Source: a virus (Duplodnaviria > Caudoviricetes). Taken from it: DNA of 64,000 nucleotides. The notes under the pieces were generated by a model that saw only the letters and a program-made list of their open reading frames with translations, did not search any database and was not told the origin of the DNA. Positions 8,034 to 15,352 of the stretch are shown here, in pieces; position 1 is the stretch's first letter, and the number at the start of each line of letters is the position of its first letter. Made by a program: the position numbers and the translations under genes. The stretch covers positions 2,131-66,130 of the IMG/VR virus record IMGVR_UViG_3300024187_000007; one strand, 5' to 3'.

Positions 8034-9187
8034 CCACAACTTTTGTCCCGCTCGACCGCGTCACCGACCGGACACGCACGACGACCGACTGGACGTGCAA
8101 GAAAGAACGCTTCTACCTGACCGAATACGGAGGGACTGGCATTGTCTCAGCCAAAGGGAAAACGGAACTCGACTTCGGCACCGACATTCACGATGCGCTG
8201 GCGGAGCTTGCCCGGCGGGTTGGTGCAGCTGATGTGGTGGGACCGCTCGCTCGGGAAGCGTACAGCCGTGTACGAGAACGTGAAACTGTCGCACTCGGCC
8301 ACCAACGTGCTACACAGCTTGCTGCAATCGCTGAAGGCGCACTCCGGGGCTATGTGCGATGTGTCTGGCCCCAAGTCCTGCAGCTTTACGATATCGTCGC
8401 GGTGGAACAAGAGGTCACCTACAAGCTGACCGACTGGCTGACGTTCATGGCCCGCCCGGACTTGATCCTCCGGTCCAAGGCCGACGGCACTTACTGGTAC
8501 TGGGAATACAAGACCACCGGCCAGCGTGTCGAAGACTGGCTCAAGCAGTGGCCGAAGGCCGTTCAAGTCCATTCGGCCATCGTCGCCGCCGAGTCGACCA
8601 TGGGCCTCAAGATCGCCGGCTGCATCATCCAAGGTCTGTCCAAGGGCTACAAGTACAAGGACGACCTGCGGTCCCCGTTCTGTGAAGGCTGGCGGTACTT
8701 GGGCGGCTCGGACGTGACATACTCCTACACCTACATGCGGTCCAAAGGCTGGGAACGCTTCGCCACATGGGATCATCCCGACGGCGTCGCCGGCTGGGTC
8801 GAGGGCATGCCGCCCGACCTGTTGTCCGACCAGTTCCCGCGGACGCAGCCGATCTTCTTGCGACGCGACCTGTCCGATCGGTTCTTCAACCAGCTGGTCA
8901 TCCGCGAAGAGAAGATCAAAAAAGGCGTCGAATACATTCGCATGCTGGCCAAGCAAGCCGAGCTGGATCCGACCAAACAGGTTGAGGTTGAGCTGTCCAT
9001 CCAGAACATCATGGACGAGGTCTTCCCGATGACCTTTGCCCAGTGCACCGGCCGCTACGGCAAGTACGACTGCTCGATGTTGGAGGCCTGCTGGAACCCG
9101 CGGGTTGGGGCAGATCCCGTGGGCAGCGGCCTGTACGTCCCCCGGACGCCCCATCACCAACTGGAAATCGACCTGTTCAAGGAGTAG
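8030..9187 (+). CDS. PD-(D/E)XK (RecB/Cas4-like) exonuclease
   Basis: FGTDIH, AVEQEV, RPDLI, EYKT, QVHS; C-terminal Cys residues (C...YDC...C). Confidence 0.85.
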   Translation: MTTTFVPLDRVTDRTRTTTDWTCKKERFYLTEYGGTGIVSAKGKTELDFGTDIHDALAELARRVGAADVVGPLAREAYSRVRERETVALGHQRATQLAAIAEGALRGYVRCVWPQVLQLYDIVAVEQEVTYKLTDWLTFMARPDLILRSKADGTYWYWEYKTTGQRVEDWLKQWPKAVQVHSAIVAAESTMGLKIAGCIIQGLSKGYKYKDDLRSPFCEGWRYLGGSDVTYSYTYMRSKGWERFATWDHPDGVAGWVEGMPPDLLSDQFPRTQPIFLRRDLSDRFFNQLVIREEKIKKGVEYIRMLAKQAELDPTKQVEVELSIQNIMDEVFPMTFAQCTGRYGKYDCSMLEACWNPRVGADPVGSGLYVPRTPHHQLEIDLFKE

Positions 9188-9190
9188 CCC

Positions 9191-9427
9191 ATGGACCTCG
9201 ATGAACGCACCGCCCTCCGCTCACGCCACGTCTCGATTGTGTTCAGCCTGCCGCTGACGCTGGTCGAAGTCGTGGACAAGTACGTCGACGCCCAAGGGTT
9301 GGACCCAGCCAACCGGGTCAACTCGTCCCAAGTCGTGGCCGACTTGATTCGGGACGGCCTGCGGGCGGCTGCGGCCCGCGCACGGGGCATGGACGCCGCA
9401 GTTGACATCCACGCCGAGACGCGCTAG
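9191..9427 (+). CDS. ribbon-helix-helix-like DNA-binding protein
   Basis: VSIVFSLP strand followed by two helices (LVEVVDKY; SSQVVADLIRDGL). Confidence 0.5.
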   Translation: MDLDERTALRSRHVSIVFSLPLTLVEVVDKYVDAQGLDPANRVNSSQVVADLIRDGLRAAAARARGMDAAVDIHAETR

Positions 9428-9430
9428 ACT
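9402..9430 (+). promoter_or_regulatory. sigma70-type promoter
   Basis: TTGACA (9402-9407), 17-nt spacer, TAGACT (9425-9430), upstream of the AAA ATPase gene. Confidence 0.7.
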
Positions 9431-9460
9431 CGGTCTACACAAACTTCCGAGGGGTGCCTT

Positions 9461-10363
9461 TTGCGATTTGACAACCTGACTATTGCCCTCTGGGGCGACA
9501 CCGGCCGTGGCAAGACGTTCCTCTTGGCCGAACTGATCGACCATCTGATGTCGACCAAGAAACAGCGTTCGGTCGTCTACATGGCCGACCGTGGCTGGCG
9601 GACCATGAAACCGCAGATCGACGCCGGGGCCGCCATCCCTGTCCCACTGTCGGGCGACCCCTTCAACTGGCTGAGCCACGCCGTCAAGGGCGAGGTGCTC
9701 GACAAAGCCGGCAAGTGGGTGCCTGCGCCGCCCGATGTCGGCCTCTACGCCTTCGAGTCGGGCACGTCCATCGGGGCCGAGCTGAAGCGGGCCGTGATTG
9801 CCAGCCACGCCAACTCCGGGGTCACCCAGAGGACCGACGGCACGACCAAGTCCATGGGCATCGGCCCCGCGGCCAACAAGTTCAAGGTGGGCACGGCTGA
9901 GGCTCCCTTGGACCGGGCGTCCTTGGACAAGGGCCACTTCGGCCTCATGCAGGACGAACTCCGGGACGCCATCTGGAAGTCCCAAGACCTGCCCGGGATC
10001 ATTCTGTGGACGTTCCTCGCCCAGCGTAAGCAGGACGACGATACCAAGCAGGAAATCATCGGACCCGAAGCCATCGGCAAGGCCCTGACCGCGGCCCTGC
10101 CCAGCTGGTTCCACTTGAGCTTCCACGTGGACTCGACGATTCCGATCACGCCGAACGCACCCGAGGAACATATCCTCTACATGTCCGGACACAACGACCT
10201 GACCACAGGCAACGCCCGAGCCGGCAGCAACTCGCGTGTCCCCTTCGGAGCCGATCCCATGCCCACGGTCATCAAGCCTGCGAGCTTGGTCAGGGCCTTG
10301 GAAGAACTGGCCAAGCGGGAAGTGTCGACCACCACCAAGATGAAAGCCAAATACGGCGTGTAA
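9461..10363 (+). CDS. AAA_24/Sak4-like ATPase (probable single-strand annealing recombinase)
   Basis: Walker A GDTGRGKT; GPEAIGKAL...LPSWF region; lies between an exonuclease and an SSB-like gene; TTG start. Confidence 0.72.
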   Translation: MRFDNLTIALWGDTGRGKTFLLAELIDHLMSTKKQRSVVYMADRGWRTMKPQIDAGAAIPVPLSGDPFNWLSHAVKGEVLDKAGKWVPAPPDVGLYAFESGTSIGAELKRAVIASHANSGVTQRTDGTTKSMGIGPAANKFKVGTAEAPLDRASLDKGHFGLMQDELRDAIWKSQDLPGIILWTFLAQRKQDDDTKQEIIGPEAIGKALTAALPSWFHLSFHVDSTIPITPNAPEEHILYMSGHNDLTTGNARAGSNSRVPFGADPMPTVIKPASLVRALEELAKREVSTTTKMKAKYGV

Positions 10364-10461
10364 TCGCTAGCAGGCGACCTACCTAGCGATAGGGCCGCCG
10401 CTTCAGGTCTTGCCGGTTCCCTGTTAGAAAAAGAACCGGACCCAACTTGAGGAGTCTAACC

Positions 10462-10656
10462 ATGGCGAACCCGATTGAAAATCTGCTCGTGTCCTTCGGC
10501 AAGAAAGAGTTGTCCAAGCATCCGGAGTTGCTGGCCAACCTCGTGGCCCATCAGCTGGAAGGTCACGGCATTCCCGAACCGGTCATCGTGGACATCAAAG
10601 GGCTGATCGTGGAGGCTCTGCCGCTGATGCTGGCCGCGCCAGCCAAGACGGCCTAG
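10462..10656 (+). CDS. small hypothetical protein
   Basis: GAGGAG RBS. Confidence 0.6.
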   Translation: MANPIENLLVSFGKKELSKHPELLANLVAHQLEGHGIPEPVIVDIKGLIVEALPLMLAAPAKTA

Positions 10657-10752
10657 ATCTACGCGGGGACTGCTGACTGGCGGACGTAGGATATCATACG
10701 CCGTCACGAGGTCCCCGCTCCATTCGGATAGCACAACGTACAGGAGGAACCT

Positions 10753-10995
10753 ATGAAACTCTCAGTGACAGTGACCCGAGACGACATCCGTCTGGGCAAG
10801 ACCTACGACGAATGCAACTGCCCCATCGCCCGGGCCATCAAACGTCAGTACAAGACCAAGGCTGTCTGTGTCCGCGGTGACGACGGCAACATCGACGGCC
10901 GAGAGGTGCTCTTTCCGAAGGCCGCAGAGACGTTCATCCGCCGGTTTGACTTGGGCCGCCCGGTCAAGCCGTTCACCTTCTTGGCAACACTCTAG
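10753..10995 (+). CDS. hypothetical phage protein
   Basis: AGGAGG RBS; VTRDDIRLG...CPIARA pattern. Confidence 0.7.
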   Translation: MKLSVTVTRDDIRLGKTYDECNCPIARAIKRQYKTKAVCVRGDDGNIDGREVLFPKAAETFIRRFDLGRPVKPFTFLATL

Positions 10996-11212
10996 GACGT
11001 CCCATGAGCTTCATCCGCGACGAGGACCCGCTGAACGTAGCGACGTTCATCGTCTTGTGTGTCTTTGTCGCGGTCGTGATCTTCTACTTGACAACGGGGA
11101 GACACCTGCCGTAAACTTGACCTATCGAACTTGAACTGGCACGGGAACGTCACACGCCAAGGGGGCGTGATTACGCTAACCACTAGCCCGTGCCCAACCA
11201 TGGAGTGACTAC

Positions 11213-11755
11213 ATGTCCACTGACATCTCACAGCTCAACCTGCAGGAACCCGATCAGATCGACTGGGCTGGTTACCAGCTGCAGTCCACCGGCGGCGGCA
11301 AGGCGATTCCGCCGGCCGGCACCTATCAGGGCGCGGCCCCGTCGACGTTCGACTATCAGGACAAGGACGGCAAGCTCGTCGTCTTGATGGATCCGATCAC
11401 GATCCTCGGGCCGACCAACGCGGGGTACGCGCTGCGCTTCACGCGCGTCTCGACCAAAAAGTACTCCAACCGGAACGCGAGTCCGGCGGGAGACTACCTG
11501 AAGGCGCAGGGGGTGCCGTCGCAGCCCCGGACCAACCAGGACTACGTGGACGCTGTCGAGTCCACGGCCGGCCGCCCGTTCCAGTTCGACCTCGACTGGG
11601 AAGCGTGGGACAAGGAAACGCAGGAGACGTTGGCCAAAGGCATGGACGCCTTCCCGGACAACGCCACCGGCGGCAAGCAGCCGTTCATCGTCACGGCTGA
11701 CGGCCGCAAGGTCTGGGCCAACGCGCGGATCAAGCGGTTCCGCCCGGCCGTCTAG
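11213..11755 (+). CDS. probable single-stranded DNA-binding protein (OB-fold-like)
   Basis: IPPAGTYQG beta-rich start, aromatic-rich strands; position after the nuclease and Sak4-like genes. Confidence 0.5.
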   Translation: MSTDISQLNLQEPDQIDWAGYQLQSTGGGKAIPPAGTYQGAAPSTFDYQDKDGKLVVLMDPITILGPTNAGYALRFTRVSTKKYSNRNASPAGDYLKAQGVPSQPRTNQDYVDAVESTAGRPFQFDLDWEAWDKETQETLAKGMDAFPDNATGGKQPFIVTADGRKVWANARIKRFRPAV

Positions 11756-11783
11756 GCCTGCTGCGTTAGGCTCGCGTGGGGGT

Positions 11784-11825
11784 CGGCCGGGTTTGGGAGA
11801 ACCTAGCCGGCCCCTTTTTCCTTTA
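11784..11825 (+). terminator. rho-independent terminator
   Basis: GGCCGG...CCGGCC stem followed by CCTTTTTCCTTT after the SSB-like gene. Confidence 0.6.
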
Positions 11826-11849
11826 TCCCCACTGAACCGAGGTACCCCC

Positions 11850-12152
11850 ATGGCCGACCTTGAAATCCGTCACCTGAAAGCAACCTCCGATCCGTCCCGG
11901 CTGGGCCAGATTGTTGATACCATCGCTAACATCGTCGAGTTCGCCAACGACGATGCGGCCTGTTTCTTCGCGCTGGCGCTGGTCATGAACGACCTGACGA
12001 ACCTGTCGCGGCCCAAAGATCCCGGCCAGATGTTCCGGGACCTGAACAACTTCTTCATGAACGTCCCCTGCGAAGACAACGGCCCCATGGCCTCTGCGGT
12101 CCTGCCCGAGGTTGACTTGCCGGTTCTCACCGATCCCAAGAGGCTCAACTAA
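11850..12152 (+). CDS. hypothetical protein
   Basis: GAGGT RBS; codon bias. Confidence 0.65.
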   Translation: MADLEIRHLKATSDPSRLGQIVDTIANIVEFANDDAACFFALALVMNDLTNLSRPKDPGQMFRDLNNFFMNVPCEDNGPMASAVLPEVDLPVLTDPKRLN

Positions 12153-12266
12153 TGGAGAGGCATGCTGTCCTCGCCAACTGGCATGCGACCTTCCGGGATC
12201 TCCGGCTGGCCGACGTGCCGCTCCAAGAATGGCTGGCCTTCCACGCGGCCAGACGGGAGGCCAACC

Positions 12267-12575
12267 GTGGCTAACCAACCTGTCCACATCGAGCAGCGCG
12301 TCGCTGAAGCCGGCAGCGCCTTTGATCTGGCCAAGGGCATTGGCCAGTTGATCGAGCAGACCGACGAGGCGACGGCGTTGGCCGCGCTGTTGATGGTCGG
12401 TTTCGTGCTGGCCAAACGCGGCTACCCCATGGTCGACGCCAACCTGAAGCCGTTCATTCAGGACGTCTCGACCTACATGTCGACCTACGAGGTGCCGATC
12501 ACGCGAATCGAACAGTTGGCCGACGTGGGCGCGTCCACGCCTGCGATCCCCGAGGTGCCGGTTGTTGTCAACTAG
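12267..12575 (+). CDS. hypothetical protein
   Basis: GGGAGG RBS before GTG 12267. Confidence 0.65.
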   Translation: MANQPVHIEQRVAEAGSAFDLAKGIGQLIEQTDEATALAALLMVGFVLAKRGYPMVDANLKPFIQDVSTYMSTYEVPITRIEQLADVGASTPAIPEVPVVVN

Positions 12576-12927
12576 AGCAGCTCTGCGCGCTCGTGCGGAG
12601 CAGGCGTTGCGTGGGCTACTGGGCCGAGGTCTGTCCCGGACTGACCGCCGTCTGGTAGCCCACGCCTACGCCAACGCCGCCGACCGGCTCCAACGCGGGC
12701 TGCCACCCCTTGCCCAGTCCAAGTACAGCCGCTGGCAGGGCCGGCCGGTCCACCTCAACCCAGCAATGGTCGAGTGGATTGCTGGCAAGGTTGATCCTAA
12801 TCCGCCACAGGAGACCATTTATGCTCGGCCAAGTGCTACCTAACATCAGCTGGCCCGCAGCCATCTGCCTCTGTGTCATGATCATCTGTGTGTCATCACT
12901 GTTTCACAAAATCACGGAGAAACTCCT

Positions 12928-13416
12928 GTGAGCCACGATAACTGGGAAACACCCAAGGACCTGTTAGAGGTCGTCCGCGCCGAATTCAGCTTCGATCTGG
13001 ACGCCGCCGCGGACAAGTACAACGCCGTCTGCCCCAAGTTCATCGACATGGAGCAGAACGCCCTGACCACCCGCTGGACAGGCACGACCGTCTGGTGCAA
13101 CCCGCCCTACACGATGAAGGAAGAGTTCATCGCGCGGGCCTACGATCAGCACCAGCACGAGGCCAACGACATCGTCCTGCTCCTCCCGGCCGACACCGAC
13201 ACCAAGTGGTGGGCCAACTACGCCCTGCAAGCCGACGAGATCAGGTTTCTGGTCGGCAGACTGCGCTTCCTCGAAGACGGCAAGCCGGGCAAGGACACCG
13301 CGAGATTCCCGTCGGCCCTGATCATCTTCAAGCACCATTACGGCGTCCGACGTAACGGCCCATCCATCTGGTGGTGGGACTGGAGGAACCGTGGCCAAGG
13401 TGTGGAACAAGCGTGA
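12928..13416 (+). CDS. phage DNA N6-adenine methyltransferase (phage Dam-like family)
   Basis: WETP, FDLDAAA, WCNPPY catalytic motif, LLPADTDTKWW. Confidence 0.9.
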   Translation: MSHDNWETPKDLLEVVRAEFSFDLDAAADKYNAVCPKFIDMEQNALTTRWTGTTVWCNPPYTMKEEFIARAYDQHQHEANDIVLLLPADTDTKWWANYALQADEIRFLVGRLRFLEDGKPGKDTARFPSALIIFKHHYGVRRNGPSIWWWDWRNRGQGVEQA

Positions 13417-13684
13417 TCCCAACTGTCCTTCTGACGCCGTCTACGTTGGTAGGCCGACCAAATGGGGAAACCCATGGAGTCACCTTCCGAGCAAGGTCAG
13501 TGGTGTCATGAAGGTGTCAGACCGACTCATGGCCGTCGAGTGCTACGCGTCAATGATGCGCAAGCGCCCGGAACTTTGCAAACAGGCACGAGAAGAATTG
13601 CGCGGCAAAGACCTTGTCTGCTGGTGCGCTCCGCTTGACTGCCATGCAGATATCCTCTTGGAGATTGCCAATGCAGACGTGTAA
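13391..13684 (+). CDS. DUF4326-family protein
   Basis: VYVGRPTKWGNP...LRGKDLVCWCAPLDCHADIL. Confidence 0.85.
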   Translation: MAKVWNKRDPNCPSDAVYVGRPTKWGNPWSHLPSKVSGVMKVSDRLMAVECYASMMRKRPELCKQAREELRGKDLVCWCAPLDCHADILLEIANADV

Positions 13685-13857
13685 GTCACATCCCACGGTC
13701 GACCCGACGGTCGTCCCCTCCGGAGGCTGTTTCAAATGCTGGCAGATCTACAAGTGGAACCAACGCCAACTGGCGATCTCTCGGACGGGCCAACCCGTTG
13801 GAAGTGCCCCCGTTGTCAAAACTGGCGACATGAGCCGATAGGAAAGGTGTGCCGATC

Positions 13858-14457
13858 ATGCGCGTGCTCATTGCCTGCGAGTTTTCAGGAGTTGTTCGTG
13901 ACGCCTTCCTCAGGCGCGGCCATGACGCCGTCAGCTGCGATTTGTTGGCCTCAGCCGCTTCCGGCCCCCACTACCAGTGCGACGTCCGCACCGTGCTGGC
14001 TCGGGAGTCCTTCGACCTGATGATCGCCCACCCGCCCTGCACATACCTGTGCTCGTCCGGCCTGCACTGGAACCGCCGACGGCCCGGCCGACAAGCCCAC
14101 ACCGACGCGGCCTTGGACTTCGTCCGCCTGCTGTTGGACGCGGACGTCCCACGGATCTGTGTGGAGAACCCCATCGGCCGGATTAGCACGGCCATTCGCC
14201 GGCCCGATCAGATCATTCAGCCCTACTGGTACGGTCATGACGCCGCCAAGGCCACCTGTCTCTGGCTGAAGAACTTACCAGAGTTGGGACCGACCAAGTT
14301 CATTGCGCCGCGTTACGTCAAGGGTAAGCCTCGCTGGTCCAACCAGACGGACTCTGGCCAGAACCGCCTTGGGCCGTCCGACACCCGCTGGATGGAACGA
14401 TCGGCCACCTACCAAGGGATCGCCGACGCCATGGCCGACCAGTGGGGGACACTATGA
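13858..14457 (+). CDS. phage DNA cytosine-C5 methyltransferase-like protein
   Basis: MRVLIACEFSG, DAVSCDL, DLMIAHPPC (catalytic PC), VENP. Confidence 0.8.
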   Translation: MRVLIACEFSGVVRDAFLRRGHDAVSCDLLASAASGPHYQCDVRTVLARESFDLMIAHPPCTYLCSSGLHWNRRRPGRQAHTDAALDFVRLLLDADVPRICVENPIGRISTAIRRPDQIIQPYWYGHDAAKATCLWLKNLPELGPTKFIAPRYVKGKPRWSNQTDSGQNRLGPSDTRWMERSATYQGIADAMADQWGTL

Positions 14458-14596
14458 AGGGTCTGACGTGGGGAATCATTTTGGGCCTACACCCGTGGGT
14501 CTACAACCAGACTATGTGGGGACCCTCAGTGTACGCCCATAACGACCTTGTGCGGATCGCCCCCTCGCTGTGTGTCCGCTGGAGTTGGTGAAAACA

Positions 14597-14968
14597 ATGA
14601 TCCGTCACGGCGTCGCCCCATTCCTTGAATGCTCGTCCCGAGGGGACAAGCGATTCTCAGCGTTTCACGCACGGCCCAAAATTCTCGGTGGGGCCTCCAT
14701 TGAGGAAACCTATCAGGCCATGAAGGTGTTTGCCGACGGCTCAACAGGACTCAACTGGCGACAGGCCAAGGGCAAAAAAGCCGTCAACCAAGTCGAGTGT
14801 GCTGTGGCCTACACCCATCTGTGGCACGAGTGGGTCAAGGAACAGGATCTGTTGCCAGTCCTGCAGGCCGCGTCAGGCCTGTCCGACATCTTTGGCCAAG
14901 TCGGGCATGTCTGCCAAGCGACGGTCCTGTGGAACATCCGGAACGGGGCTGAGGACGTCGTGGTATAA
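14597..14968 (+). CDS. NADAR-like protein (resembles DarT1-associated NADAR ADP-ribosylhydrolases)
   Basis: LECSSRG...FSAF...SIEETYQAMKVF resembles the E-x-S-S...SAF...E...Q..KVF pattern of that family. Confidence 0.5.
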   Translation: MIRHGVAPFLECSSRGDKRFSAFHARPKILGGASIEETYQAMKVFADGSTGLNWRQAKGKKAVNQVECAVAYTHLWHEWVKEQDLLPVLQAASGLSDIFGQVGHVCQATVLWNIRNGAEDVVV

Positions 14969-14969
14969 T
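14961..14969 (+). promoter_or_regulatory. extended -10 promoter
   Basis: TGG-TATAAT (TGn plus consensus -10) upstream of the polymerase operon. Confidence 0.5.
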
Positions 14970-14975
14970 CCTTTC

Positions 14976-15182
14976 GTGACCCCACTCAGCCATGTCTTGG
15001 TCTTCGAGGGGAGCGACGGCCAGCGAGTGTTTGTCTGCACCTTCTGTGGCAGCCAAGCTGGGCCGTTCCCCAAGGACGTCCCGTTGGGGGCCATCGAACT
15101 GTACCACAACCCGGAATGCTACTACACTGAGGCACGACACCTGACGGCACGCCTGATCATCGACAAAAAGGGGATGTCATGA
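14976..15182 (+). CDS. small zinc-binding protein
   Basis: CTFC...HNPEC. Confidence 0.45.
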   Translation: MTPLSHVLVFEGSDGQRVFVCTFCGSQAGPFPKDVPLGAIELYHNPECYYTEARHLTARLIIDKKGMS

Positions 15183-15352
15183 GCCAGCCTACTATGACCT
15201 GTGACAAGTGCGGGTTCCAAAAGGTGGTTACCAAGGATCCTCGATTGACACGCACGTGGTTTGCCAAGTACCACAAAGACTGTGGTCAACCTATCTACCG
15301 TGCTGGCATTGATCCGTACTTGGTTAAAATGTTCACAGGGGTCCTGCGCTAA
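15179..15352 (+). CDS. 57-aa zinc-binding microprotein
   Basis: CDKC...HKDC; ATGA overlap upstream and TAATG overlap with polA. Confidence 0.5.
   Translation: MSQPTMTCDKCGFQKVVTKDPRLTRTWFAKYHKDCGQPIYRAGIDPYLVKMFTGVLR

Noticed and set aside
8030-9187. Cas4-like nuclease as part of a CRISPR-Cas system
   Set aside because: Context (Sak4-like ATPase, SSB-like gene) indicates a phage recombination exonuclease; no cas1/cas2 or array
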